DNA of 64,000 bases from Escherichia coli (GTDB lineage Bacteria > Pseudomonadota > Gammaproteobacteria > Enterobacterales > Enterobacteriaceae). Position numbers and translations under genes: made by a program. The stretch lies in the NCBI RefSeq assembly GCF_003790525.1, contig NZ_CP033635.1. The stretch is one strand, 5' to 3'. This document shows, one piece after another, positions 15,355 through 29,743 of the stretch (the first letter of the stretch is position 1; each line of letters starts with the position of its first letter). The notes beneath the pieces are model-generated. The model was not told the DNA's origin. It was given only the letters and a program-made list of their open reading frames with translations, and ran no database searches.

Positions 15355-17544
15355 ATGACGGTCTCAACCGAAGTTGACCACAACGAATACACCGGTAACG
15401 GCGTTACGACATCATTTCCGTATACCTTCCGTATTTTCAAAAAAACCGACCTGGTTGTTCAGGTGTCTGACCTGAACGGGAACGTAACAGAATTGGTTCT
15501 GGATACCGGTTATAAGGTAACTGGAGCGGGCACTTATAGTGGCGGTGAAGTGGTTCTCCAGTCGCCGCTTGCTGCTGGCTGGCGAATTACGATAGAGCGT
15601 GTGCTTGATGTGGTGCAGGAGACTGATCTTCGCAATCAGGGAAAATTTTTCCCCGAAGTTCATGAAGATGCATTTGACTACCTGACGATGCTGATCCAGC
15701 GATGTTTTGGGTGGTTCAGACGTGCATTGATGAAACCATCTTTGCTTGCAAAATATTACGATGCAAAGCAAAACAAAATTTCTAACCTTGCAGATCCATC
15801 ATTTGAGCAGGACGCTGTAAATAATCGCTCAATGCGTAATTATGTCGATGCTGCAATCGCCGGGGTTGTTGGTGGTTTTGGTTGGTTTATACCGTCAGGA
15901 AGCGGGGCAAGACAACGAACATTTCAAAGCAAAATGAGGGATATAATTTCTCCTTGTGATTACGAAGATAATATTTTTATGATTAAGGAGTTGATATCCA
16001 AAGGCAAAAATGCCGCTGTTTTTAACTCATATTATACTTTTGTTATTACTGTTGGCGAATGGGGTGATTTCCCTACACTCAAAGATGCAATCATTGCAGC
16101 CCAGTCAATGAGACCTATGTGGGATGGTGGTAATGCTTTCTGCGAAATAAGAATTAAGACCGGGCATATTATCAACTATCAAATTGAATTCAGTTCAGGT
16201 GTTGATTTGTCTTGGATTAAAATAACATCAGAAGACTCAGTGGTTTTCTCTGACACTCGTTTGTTTACTAAAATCGTTAGAACGTATTACGAATACAAGT
16301 ATTTATTTTACATTTGCGATGCAGCAAAAAGTCCTGTATTTGCTATTCAGATCGAAGAAAATAGAGATGATAGCGATGTTTGTGCATTTATTGTAACTCA
16401 AAAAGCTGAACTTAATTTCTATCCGTATTCAGGTGCTCGAAAGTTCTACGTTGGAATTCATGGTAGTTTTGGTGCAAAAATTAGTGCATATCATACCGGA
16501 TGTGCTCCTGATGAGGAAAGTGTTGCTGCATATATGCCAGAAGGGTATTACGTATGTGATTTTTCTTATAGCAGATACTCTTCCCTGCAACTGGTAAATA
16601 ATGTCAAGGCATCAATGCCTGTAAGCAAGTTTGAACGGTGCACAGAGAGTACGGTTGCGTCAGTTAATTGTATTTATAATGTTAAAGCAGATTTTCAGGG
16701 GTCAAGTGCAAGCTATTGTTATATAGGATGGAATGTAAGAGATGGTTCAAATGTTAATATACGCGACCATAAAACTATACATTGCTCATATCGTGGATTA
16801 ACCTGCATTCATACAGCATATGTTGATGCAAGACGACATGACGTTGAAGAAAGTGATGCAGAAACAAGTGGTAAAGTCCTTGAACCAAATATTGAAAAAG
16901 GTTTTTATGGATGTGCACTTGGTGTGCGTATTGATGGTGCGGGTTGCGTTGATGTTGCTGGTAATGATATGCGCAATTGTGGAACAGCCGTTAATGCAGA
17001 CACTGGTGCTGTTATTTCAGGAAAGGCTGTAGATATCTCAGGGGCTGAGCTGGGATTTGATTGCCATGCAGGAGCATCTGTTAATTTTCCAAGGCTATGG
17101 GGTACAGATATAAAAAAATTAATGCACCTCCAAGATGGTGTAAGGTTTAACTCTAATATTTGTCATGTATTTGGTGCAAATCCCACAAAAGATATTAGAT
17201 GGATTGATGTAGAGAGATCTGAAGCTTCTTTTATGAATGCAACGCTGGATGCAGATTCAGGATTTATTGCCGACTGTGGTAGTAGGATAACCATTGAAGG
17301 AAGTAAAGTTAAAAACCAAACAATAAGAAGTTTTTTTGGATCATATGTGGCTATAAATAATACTGTTGCTGACAGAACTTATTCAGATATAGCCGATGTT
17401 CCGCAGTTGACTATTAGTGGAGGATCTTTTATTTCTGCTACAGGATATTCTAATTCTGACTCCAGCCCTCTGAGGTTGAGCACAACACGAAATACACTTG
17501 GCGTTGGAGGAGCCATATTTTCAACCAATGGGGAAGTTTCATGA
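15355..17544 (+). CDS. Tailspike / tail fiber protein, 729 aa: conserved N-terminal virion-attachment domain plus divergent C-terminal receptor-binding part
   Basis: N-terminus carries the YTGNGVTT.F.Y.F pattern typical of podovirus tail fiber or tailspike adapters (from memory); C-terminal two thirds are AT-rich and Cys-rich; GGAG RBS 7 nt upstream. Confidence 0.7.
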   Translation: MTVSTEVDHNEYTGNGVTTSFPYTFRIFKKTDLVVQVSDLNGNVTELVLDTGYKVTGAGTYSGGEVVLQSPLAAGWRITIERVLDVVQETDLRNQGKFFPEVHEDAFDYLTMLIQRCFGWFRRALMKPSLLAKYYDAKQNKISNLADPSFEQDAVNNRSMRNYVDAAIAGVVGGFGWFIPSGSGARQRTFQSKMRDIISPCDYEDNIFMIKELISKGKNAAVFNSYYTFVITVGEWGDFPTLKDAIIAAQSMRPMWDGGNAFCEIRIKTGHIINYQIEFSSGVDLSWIKITSEDSVVFSDTRLFTKIVRTYYEYKYLFYICDAAKSPVFAIQIEENRDDSDVCAFIVTQKAELNFYPYSGARKFYVGIHGSFGAKISAYHTGCAPDEESVAAYMPEGYYVCDFSYSRYSSLQLVNNVKASMPVSKFERCTESTVASVNCIYNVKADFQGSSASYCYIGWNVRDGSNVNIRDHKTIHCSYRGLTCIHTAYVDARRHDVEESDAETSGKVLEPNIEKGFYGCALGVRIDGAGCVDVAGNDMRNCGTAVNADTGAVISGKAVDISGAELGFDCHAGASVNFPRLWGTDIKKLMHLQDGVRFNSNICHVFGANPTKDIRWIDVERSEASFMNATLDADSGFIADCGSRITIEGSKVKNQTIRSFFGSYVAINNTVADRTYSDIADVPQLTISGGSFISATGYSNSDSSPLRLSTTRNTLGVGGAIFSTNGEVS

Positions 17545-17837
17545 TTAAGAGCATTGATGTCACTCCATTTCTTCACTCGCTTTGCGCTTTTGCGGCTCAG
17601 GTACTGGTTGGTATTTTTACCGGAAACTGGGCTTACGGTGCGATAGCCGGTTGTACGTTCTTCATTGCGCGTGAACACACCCAGGCAGAATATCGCTGGA
17701 TAGAAAAGTTTGGGAAAGGGAAACGTATCAACATGCCGTGGTGGGGAGGTTTTGATCCACGCGTGTGGGATGTGGGAAGTCTGTTGGATTTTGCTGTTCC
17801 TGTTGTTTTTTGTTTTTGTGTTTATTTCTCTATTTGA
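17541..17837 (+). CDS. Small membrane protein (98 aa, two hydrophobic helices)
   Basis: ATGA overlap with the tailspike stop; hydrophobic stretches in translation. Confidence 0.5.
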   Translation: MIKSIDVTPFLHSLCAFAAQVLVGIFTGNWAYGAIAGCTFFIAREHTQAEYRWIEKFGKGKRINMPWWGGFDPRVWDVGSLLDFAVPVVFCFCVYFSI

Positions 17838-18039
17838 CTGCTACCGCGCCATTAAATGGTGCGGTATTCAACCTGCTCTTCACTGTTTGTTTCTTCAGAG
17901 TCATGTAAAAGGTGAGCTTTATTCTCGGCATGAAAAACAGGGAATTGACGATGTTAAAGTAACAAAAAACCATAAATGGTTTATTATGCGTAATGCTTTA
18001 CTGTTCAGGAGGTTGTTATGCATATAAACGGTGGAAAAC

Positions 18040-18444
18040 ATGTCAGCTCAACTAACCAGTGAAACTTTAAATCAGTGGCTTAGCATGAGTTCTCTGGCGG
18101 CGGTGATAGCAGGAGTTCCTCCTGAGGTTGCTTTGGGTGCTTTGGCTGGAGCGGTAATTTTTGTTACCTCTGCAGTAGAGTACCCCATCCGTCGCCGGGT
18201 GCTCCTGTCGATGCTCAGCTTTCTTTGCGGCCTTCTCTTTTACAAACCAGCAGCATCAATTCTTATCGGCATAGCCAGCCTGATCCCTACCATCACGCAG
18301 GACTCTTTTGAAAAAGGGATTGTTTTCTCTGCAGGCGCATTCGTGTCAGCAATTGTCGCTGTGCGTATTGGTATATGGCTCTATCACCGTTCCGATAATC
18401 CACGCGAGTTAATTCCGGGGAGAAAAGACGATGGTAACGCATGA
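18040..18444 (+). CDS. Membrane protein, holin or antiholin candidate (in-frame alternative start GTG 18031)
   Basis: Several predicted transmembrane stretches; two in-frame starts three codons apart (GTG-GAA-AAC-ATG). Confidence 0.45.
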   Translation: MSAQLTSETLNQWLSMSSLAAVIAGVPPEVALGALAGAVIFVTSAVEYPIRRRVLLSMLSFLCGLLFYKPAASILIGIASLIPTITQDSFEKGIVFSAGAFVSAIVAVRIGIWLYHRSDNPRELIPGRKDDGNA

Positions 18445-18739
18445 GTTTTTTTTGCTTATCACCAATGCAGTTATTTGCACTGGCATAGCAATTCGCGTTG
18501 TCACATTCCGGCGTAACGGCTCTCAACACCGAAGGTGGGGAGGATGGCTTGCTTATTTCCTGATTGTTGCTGCGGCCAGTATTCCTGTTCGTGTCGCCTA
18601 TGCAATCTGGTTACGTACGCCAATGGCTGTGGATTTATCTGAGGTCATTATCAACGCTGTCATGCTAGCTGCGGTTATTAAAACGCGCGGTAACGTCGTT
18701 CAAATTTTCAAAGTATCGAGGTCTAAACATGGAGATTAA
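18431..18739 (+). CDS. Holin candidate (102 aa, 2-3 transmembrane helices) immediately upstream of the endolysin
   Basis: Position and hydrophobicity pattern; overlaps neighbours at both ends. Confidence 0.5.
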   Translation: MVTHEFFLLITNAVICTGIAIRVVTFRRNGSQHRRWGGWLAYFLIVAAASIPVRVAYAIWLRTPMAVDLSEVIINAVMLAAVIKTRGNVVQIFKVSRSKHGD

Positions 18740-19358
18740 ACAATTCCAGCGAGCTGCTGGTATCAGCGAGGCACTGGCCGCACGCTGGTTCTCGCATATA
18801 ACTTCTGCGATGAAAGAGTTTGGTATCAGCAAACCAGAAGATCAGGCTATGTTTATTGCTCAGGTCGGGCATGAGTCTGGAGGCTTCACCCGGTTGCAGG
18901 AGAATTTCAACTACAGCGTCAGCGGACTGGCTAACTTTGTTCGGGCTGGGCGTCTCACTCAGGGACAGGCCAACGCATTGGGGCGACGTGCAGGCGAACC
19001 ACCATTGCCACTTGAGCGCCAGAGAGCGATTGCCAATCTGGTGTACAGCAAACGCATGGGGAACAATGCCCCTGGTGATGGCTGGAACTACCGTGGGCGC
19101 GGGCTTATCCAGGTTACCGGTTTGAATAACTATCGTGACTGTGGAAACGGTCTTAAGGTTGACCTGCTGGAGAGTCCTGAACTGCTGGCGCAGGACGAAT
19201 ACGCGGCTCGTAGCGCGGCGTGGTTCTTTGCCAGCAAAGGATGCATGAAGTATACCGGCGATATTGCACGTGTAACTCTGATTATCAATGGTGGCCGGAA
19301 CGGCATCGACGACCGGCGCGCGCGATACATCAATGCCAGTAAGGTGCTGGCGGTATGA
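18729..19358 (+). CDS. Endolysin, glycoside hydrolase family 19 (chitinase-like) type
   Basis: Motifs [18 protein letters not shown] and NYRD read in the translation, recalled as GH19-type phage lysozyme signatures; position between holin and Rz. Confidence 0.8.
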   Translation: MEIKQFQRAAGISEALAARWFSHITSAMKEFGISKPEDQAMFIAQVGHESGGFTRLQENFNYSVSGLANFVRAGRLTQGQANALGRRAGEPPLPLERQRAIANLVYSKRMGNNAPGDGWNYRGRGLIQVTGLNNYRDCGNGLKVDLLESPELLAQDEYAARSAAWFFASKGCMKYTGDIARVTLIINGGRNGIDDRRARYINASKVLAV

Positions 19359-19837
19359 TCTGGGCATTCGTAAAAGCATACTGGAAACAGTTGGTTATCA
19401 TGGCGATGCTTGCTGTTCTGGTCATATCAGGAGTTGTAGCCTGGAATGCACACGGTAGTCGTCAGTACGACGCCGGGTATGCGCAGGCGGAAGAAGACCG
19501 CAAAGACGAAGAAGACAAAGTTCGTCAGTACTACGAACAGGAGAAAGTGACCAATGAACGTGAAGCGCAGCAAAGAATCGACCAGGCGCGCAATGATGCT
19601 CTTGATGCTGCCGCTCGCGCTGGCAGGTTGCAGCAACAACTCTTTGCCATCCGTGAGCAGCTCAGGCAGTATAACGCCATTGTCGGCGCTGGGACGTCAG
19701 CCGCAGACACCGGAGTTTTGCTTGCCGACGTGCTCAGCAAATCTCTCGAGAGAAACAGACAACTGGCAGAGTATGCTGACCGGGCAGCCGAAGCCGGAAG
19801 AGTCTGCGAAAAACAGTACGACACCCTGACCAGATAG
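19355..19837 (+). CDS. Rz-like i-spanin (N-terminal transmembrane helix, coiled-coil periplasmic domain)
   Basis: ATGA overlap with endolysin stop; typical Rz architecture. Confidence 0.7.
   Translation: MIWAFVKAYWKQLVIMAMLAVLVISGVVAWNAHGSRQYDAGYAQAEEDRKDEEDKVRQYYEQEKVTNEREAQQRIDQARNDALDAAARAGRLQQQLFAIREQLRQYNAIVGAGTSAADTGVLLADVLSKSLERNRQLAEYADRAAEAGRVCEKQYDTLTR
19554..19829 (+). CDS. Rz1-like o-spanin lipoprotein, fully embedded in the Rz gene in the +1 frame
   Basis: Signal peptide ending in lipobox LAGC, Pro-rich mature part, embedded arrangement as in lambda Rz/Rz1 (established knowledge). Confidence 0.65.
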   Translation: MNVKRSKESTRRAMMLLMLPLALAGCSNNSLPSVSSSGSITPLSALGRQPQTPEFCLPTCSANLSRETDNWQSMLTGQPKPEESAKNSTTP

Positions 19838-19992
19838 CATGGTATTTTTCATGGCACTGATTTCCGGTGACGGTATATAAAACGGTACGGGAAAAGTTGA
19901 GCTTTGGAAAAATGTTATCACTCAATTGGTTATGGTGTCCGTGAATAATTGAGTGGGAATGATTTTGATCCCTGCACTATGAATGAACAAAA

Positions 19993-20018
19993 CCCTCTGT
20001 TACTACAGAGGGTTTTTT
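19993..20018. terminator. Bidirectional intrinsic terminator (CCCTCTGT-TACT-ACAGAGGG flanked by A-run and T-run) at the prophage / yfgI junction
   Basis: Perfect 8-bp stem with six T after it on + and four on -. Confidence 0.6.
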
Positions 20019-20056
20019 ATACTCACGAATCATAGGCTTGAAGTTACTGACATCGC

Positions 20057-20596
20057 TTAGTTAAACCAGCTGTCCGATTTGTTCTCTTCTGCTTTGCCCA
20101 CGCTTTTCATCAGATCGCGACCGCCTTCAGTCATATTTCTGTTTGCGTCAGCTTCAGATTGCACCACATCGGTTTGCGCAGCTTTGTGCTTCAGTTCCTG
20201 ATCGATAAATTCGTTTTCTCGCTTAACGCGGGCTTCTTCTTTCGCCAGCGCCAGTTTTTGTTTCTGAATCTCTAAGCTGCGTAGCTCATCTTCATAACTT
20301 TGATCGCGTTTTTTGTCCGCAGTGGCTTCGGCGTCCAGTTTATCCTGACGAGCTTTCTTATTCGCTGCTGCCGTTGCCGCTCTTTTATTAGCCGCGGCCT
20401 GGGCGTTTGCGCGACGTTGCTTCTCTTGCTGGATTTCCCTGTTGCGCTCCGCGACCCATTCGTCATGCTGCCTTTGCTCTTCATTTTTACCTTGCTGTTC
20501 CGCTTCTGCGACAGCAGAGAGTTGATCCTGCAATGATGAGGCGATAGCCGGATAGCTTAAGGAGGCTAAGATGGCGCAAAGAAAAACTTTCTTCAT
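20057..20596 (-). CDS. yfgI: YfgI, periplasmic protein (179 aa)
   Basis: Signal peptide plus Lys/Glu/Ala-rich repeats; matches recalled K-12 protein and gene order. Confidence 0.85.
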   Translation of the reverse strand: MKKVFLCAILASLSYPAIASSLQDQLSAVAEAEQQGKNEEQRQHDEWVAERNREIQQEKQRRANAQAAANKRAATAAANKKARQDKLDAEATADKKRDQSYEDELRSLEIQKQKLALAKEEARVKRENEFIDQELKHKAAQTDVVQSEADANRNMTEGGRDLMKSVGKAEENKSDSWFN

Positions 20597-20611
20597 GACT
20601 CCTCCTGATTA

Positions 20612-21130
20612 TTAGCTCTTTTCAGGACATTTGGTATTTGGCTGAATACGCGTTTCGTTATACGTCGTGGTAATAACAACGGCTAAACCTGTCGTAAACT
20701 GGCACTCTTTACCCACCTGGGTGGAGGTATACACTTTGGTGCCTTCCTTATACGTTAGAGAAACACCTTCCACTAAGGTTTTATCATTCACCATAGAACC
20801 CGCTGCCGCGCCAACAGCTCCGCCGCCAACTGCACCTGCCGTCGTTCCGGAATTGCTGCCAGACCCCACGTTGTGGCCGATTACACCGCCAGCGACTGCA
20901 CCAATAAGTGCGCCGAAGGCTTGTGCGTTTCGTTTATTTTGGGAGTTGTCTACGGCAACTTTTGCGGGAAGAATGGAAATAATATTAACGGTTTTAGTTT
21001 CTTGTTTGGTATTCAGTTGATCGGTTTGATAAACATCGGCGGCATGATCATCAGCATTTGACTGGCATCCTGCCAGAGTGAATGACGCTAACATTGCCAC
21101 AGGCAGAAGACATTTTTTAAATTTCATCAC
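20612..21130 (-). CDS. yfgH: YfgH, glycine-zipper outer-membrane lipoprotein (172 aa)
   Basis: Lipobox LAGC and Gly-rich zipper in translation; K-12 gene order. Confidence 0.85.
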   Translation of the reverse strand: MMKFKKCLLPVAMLASFTLAGCQSNADDHAADVYQTDQLNTKQETKTVNIISILPAKVAVDNSQNKRNAQAFGALIGAVAGGVIGHNVGSGSNSGTTAGAVGGGAVGAAAGSMVNDKTLVEGVSLTYKEGTKVYTSTQVGKECQFTTGLAVVITTTYNETRIQPNTKCPEKS

Positions 21131-21440
21131 TATTCCTTGTTATACACATTACGAAAAATAAGACATTTAAGATCATCAAAAGAGGAAAGTAAATGTATTG
21201 CGTATAAAGGAATAGATTAAATTTATTAAAATTCATGTGGGAAATAATTTATAAAAATACATCATTAAAATATATGTATTAATTTTATATTTATTTCGCA
21301 GCCAAACAGGATAAACATCAGTCAGGACAAAGACGTAAAATTTAAGATGAAAGAATATCTGCCGCTTTGATAATCCCAAAGAGCAAAAGCATCCGACAGC
21401 GAGGTGCCGTTATGTTCTGTGAAAGTGGAGAAGGTAACCG

Positions 21441-21632
21441 CTAACGTTGTACCGGTGATTCGACGGAGAGTGTGGATTGCTGAGCTTCTTTTTTGCTCTG
21501 ATGGTGCTGCCATGCACCGACGGACGAGTAGATAAAACGGCCAAAGAAGAAGATAAAGCTGATGAGCAGTACGATACGGGTCATGCGACTGTTAAATCGG
21601 TGTCGTTTTCGCATACTGGTTGCCTGACTCAC
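21441..21632 (-). CDS. yfgG: YfgG, small membrane protein (63 aa)
   Basis: Size and position between yfgH and pdeF as in K-12. Confidence 0.7.
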   Translation of the reverse strand: MSQATSMRKRHRFNSRMTRIVLLISFIFFFGRFIYSSVGAWQHHQSKKEAQQSTLSVESPVQR

Positions 21633-21983
21633 AAAAGGTTCCTTGAAGTATGTCCCACGCTGTGGACAGTACTTACATTAAGGCACAACAGGACAAAATG
21701 GTCAATTCTTCGTTATGTAAAAAAGCGTCAGTGGATACATATTTTAATGTTATGGAAGTTAATTTAATTATTTACAATGATGATGTAATAATGATGAATT
21801 AACATGATAAACGTAATAATTCATTAATCAGGGTTATTTTGTTTGATATATATCAATTGGAACTTTCATATGACACTTAGAATCAATGCTCTCTATAGTG
21901 ATGAATAATCATCATTCGAAGTCAGGTGGGATGCCTGTCTGAATACACCTCCTTCAGGATGTGGGGGATTCTGCTGAGCATCT

Positions 21984-24227
21984 ATGAAACTGAATGCAAC
22001 TTATATAAAAATACGTGATAAATGGTGGGGGCTTCCGCTGTTCCTGCCTTCTTTAATCTTGCCCATTTTCGCCCACATTAATACTTTCGCGCATATTTCT
22101 TCCGGTGAGGTTTTTCTCTTTTATCTGCCTCTGGCTCTGATGATCAGCATGATGATGTTTTTCAGCTGGGCGGCATTGCCAGGGATCGCCTTAGGGATTT
22201 TTGTCCGCAAATATGCAGAGCTGGGTTTTTACGAAACGCTCTCATTAACGGCTAATTTTATTATCATTATCATTCTCTGTTGGGGCGGTTACAGGGTCTT
22301 TACTCCCCGGCGTAACAACGTTTCACATGGTGATACCCGTTTAATTTCCCAGCGTATATTCTGGCAGATTGTGTTTCCTGCAACGCTGTTTCTGATACTT
22401 TTCCAGTTTGCTGCGTTTGTAGGATTACTGGCGAGCAGAGAAAATCTGGTCGGCGTCATGCCTTTTAACCTCGGGACCTTAATCAATTATCAGGCCTTAC
22501 TGGTGGGCAATCTGATTGGTGTCCCGCTGTGCTACTTCATCATTCGTGTAGTGCGAAATCCGTTTTATTTACGCAGTTATTATTCGCAATTAAAACAGCA
22601 GGTTGATGTCAAAGTCACCAAAAAAGAGTTCGCACTCTGGCTACTGGCATTAGGTGCTTTACTGCTGCTGTTATGCATGCCGTTAAATGAAAAAAGCACA
22701 ATTTTTAGCACCAACTATACCTTGTCATTATTGCTGCCCCTGATGATGTGGGGAGCGATGCGCTATGGTTATAAGCTGATTTCGCTGCTCTGGGCGGTCG
22801 TGTTGATGATCAGCATCCACAGCTATCAAAATTACATTCCCATTTATCCTGGCTATACCACGCAACTGACCATAACCTCCTCCAGTTATCTGGTATTCTC
22901 TTTTATTGTCAATTATATGGCTGTACTGGCAACCCGTCAGCGAGCGGTAGTCAGACGCATTCAGCGGCTTGCGTATGTGGACCCGGTGGTTCATCTGCCA
23001 AATGTTCGCGCCCTGAATCGCGCGTTGCGTGATGCCCCCTGGTCTGCGCTTTGTTATTTACGCATCCCTGGCATGGAAATGCTGGTTAAGAACTATGGCA
23101 TCATGCTACGGATTCAATACAAGCAAAAACTTTCTCACTGGCTGTCACCCTTGCTGGAACCGGGTGAAGATGTTTATCAGCTTTCGGGTAACGATCTCGC
23201 GCTGCGACTGAATACAGAATCGCACCAGGAGCGCATTACCGAACTGGATAGCCATCTCAAGCAATTTCGTTTCTTTTGGGATGGAATGCCGATGCAACCG
23301 CAGATTGGCGTCAGTTACTGCTATGTGCGCTCGCCAGTGAATCATATCTACCTGCTGCTGGGAGAGCTAAATACGGTCGCCGAGCTTTCCATCGTGACCA
23401 ACGCCCCGGAAAATATGCAGCGTCGCGGGGCAATGTATTTGCAACGCGAATTGAAAGATAAAGTCGCGATGATGAATCGGCTACAGCAGGCGCTGGAACA
23501 CAACCATTTTTTCCTGATGGCCCAGCCGATTACCGGTATGCGTGGTGATGTCTACCATGAAATTCTTCTGCGCATGAAAGGTGAGAATGATGAACTGATC
23601 AGCCCCGACAGCTTCTTGCCGGTCGCGCACGAATTTGGTTTATCGTCGAGTATCGACATGTGGGTCATTGAGCATACGCTGCAATTTATGGCTGAAAACA
23701 GAGCGAAGATGCCCGCTCACCGTTTTGCGATTAATCTGTCGCCAACCTCGGTATGTCAGGCGCGTTTTCCCGTTGAAGTCAGTCAGCTGCTGGCTAAATA
23801 TCAAATTGAAGCGTGGCAACTTATTTTTGAAGTCACCGAAAGTAATGCTCTGACCAATGTTAAGCAGGCGCAAATCACCTTGCAGCATCTTCAGGAATTA
23901 GGCTGCCAGATTGCGATTGATGATTTCGGCACCGGCTATGCCAGCTATGCGCGGCTTAAAAATGTGAATGCCGATTTGCTTAAAATTGACGGCAGTTTTA
24001 TCCGCAATATTGTGTCAAATAGTCTGGATTATCAGATAGTGGCGTCGATTTGCCACCTGGCGCGAATGAAGAAAATGCGGGTAGTGGCAGAGTACGTTGA
24101 AAACGAAGAGATCCGCGAGGCGGTGTTCTCTTTGGGGATCGATTATATGCAGGGTTATCTTATTGGTAAGCCGCAACCGTTAATTGATACGCTGAATGAA
24201 ATCGAACCCATTCGCGAAAGTGCCTGA
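21984..24227 (+). CDS. pdeF: Cyclic-di-GMP phosphodiesterase PdeF (YfgF), membrane MASE1 domain plus GGDEF-like and EAL domains
   Basis: 747 aa with N-terminal multi-helix membrane region and C-terminal EAL-type motifs; K-12 order after ppx. Confidence 0.9.
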   Translation: MKLNATYIKIRDKWWGLPLFLPSLILPIFAHINTFAHISSGEVFLFYLPLALMISMMMFFSWAALPGIALGIFVRKYAELGFYETLSLTANFIIIIILCWGGYRVFTPRRNNVSHGDTRLISQRIFWQIVFPATLFLILFQFAAFVGLLASRENLVGVMPFNLGTLINYQALLVGNLIGVPLCYFIIRVVRNPFYLRSYYSQLKQQVDVKVTKKEFALWLLALGALLLLLCMPLNEKSTIFSTNYTLSLLLPLMMWGAMRYGYKLISLLWAVVLMISIHSYQNYIPIYPGYTTQLTITSSSYLVFSFIVNYMAVLATRQRAVVRRIQRLAYVDPVVHLPNVRALNRALRDAPWSALCYLRIPGMEMLVKNYGIMLRIQYKQKLSHWLSPLLEPGEDVYQLSGNDLALRLNTESHQERITELDSHLKQFRFFWDGMPMQPQIGVSYCYVRSPVNHIYLLLGELNTVAELSIVTNAPENMQRRGAMYLQRELKDKVAMMNRLQQALEHNHFFLMAQPITGMRGDVYHEILLRMKGENDELISPDSFLPVAHEFGLSSSIDMWVIEHTLQFMAENRAKMPAHRFAINLSPTSVCQARFPVEVSQLLAKYQIEAWQLIFEVTESNALTNVKQAQITLQHLQELGCQIAIDDFGTGYASYARLKNVNADLLKIDGSFIRNIVSNSLDYQIVASICHLARMKKMRVVAEYVENEEIREAVFSLGIDYMQGYLIGKPQPLIDTLNEIEPIRESA

Positions 24228-24232
24228 ATAAT

Positions 24233-24259
24233 GCGGGCCGACATTTCTCGTCGGCCCGC
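24233..24259. terminator. Convergent-gene hairpin GCGGGCCGAC-N7-GTCGGCCCGC between pdeF and ppx (no clear U-tract)
   Basis: Perfect 10-bp inverted repeat read directly. Confidence 0.45.
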
Positions 24260-24265
24260 AAAGCA

Positions 24266-27878
<3,613 letters not shown>

Positions 27879-28049
27879 TACCACTTTTACTCCGTTTTAT
27901 TCACGGGACACTGCCTGGATATTATGGCGAGCAATATTGGCAGATGTCCAACTATGCCAGAAAAGGGGGAAAAAAACTGCTGGAGCTTGCGATTTACAGG
28001 TGAATTGAAAAACGCCAGCGGCAGAGCTGGCGCTTTAACTACGGGGGCA

Positions 28050-28687
28050 TTACTCGTCGGCAGCGTAGCCCTGCGGCGGCAGACGTTGACCATCCAGCCA
28101 CGCGGCGTTTTCGTGCATTTTCAGACGACCATCGGCAAACCAGCTAATCACCAGTGGATAAATAGCGTGTTCCTGGGTTTGCACGCGGGCGGTGATGTCA
28201 TCTTCCGTATCACCAGCAAATACCGGGACTTTCGCCTGTAAAATAACCGGGCCACCGTCCAGTTCATCGGTGACGAAATGCACCGATGTACCGTGCTCCT
28301 CATCGCCATTTTCCAGCGCCTGACGATGGGTGTGTAATCCGGGATATTTCGGCAGCAGAGAAGGGTGAATGTTCAGCAAACGCCCGGCATAATGGGAGAC
28401 AAACGCCGGGCTGAGAATGCGCATAAAACCAGCCAGCACGACCACATCGGGTGCGTACATGTCGATTTCATGAATCAACTCCCGGTCATAGGCTTCACGA
28501 CTGTCAAACGCGCTGGTGATGAGCGTATGTGTTGCAATACCCGCCTGGCGGGCGCGTTCAAGGCCGAACGCGTCGGCCTTATTGCTGAAAACTGCCCGTA
28601 CGGTGCCTTTAATTTTGTTGGTTTTGCAGGCGTCAATAATTGCCTGCAAATTACTTCCGTTGCCGGAAATAAGCACCACAATATTCA

Positions 28688-28688
<1 letters not shown>
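28050..28688 (-). CDS. purN: Phosphoribosylglycinamide formyltransferase
   Basis: 212 aa, MNIVVLISGNGSNLQ N-terminus. Confidence 0.95.

Positions 28689-29743
<1,055 letters not shown>

Larger units (their letters stand above)
1..19990. mobile_element. Integrated prophage segment (temperate podovirus-like); one end lies inside the window between about 19840 and 19990, the other end is upstream of the window
   Basis: Seen: contiguous + strand virion genes with overlapping stop/start codons, BRO-N antirepressor-like gene, tailspike, GH19-like endolysin, Rz/Rz1 pair. Established knowledge: in E. coli K-12 yfgI is followed by guaA, here it is followed by phage DNA. Exact att boundary cannot be set from sequence alone. 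Confidence 0.8.

Noticed and set aside
17710-18027. 105-aa + strand ORF between tailspike and lysis genes
   Set aside because: Overlaps the 98-aa membrane protein gene in another frame, has no RBS and a low-complexity Phe/Leu-rich translation.
1-19990. Interpretation of the phage segment as a lytic T7-like phage fragment or contaminant
   Set aside because: It is contiguous with chromosomal DNA at yfgI and carries an antirepressor gene, LexA box and repressor-operator-type sites, which fit a temperate prophage.
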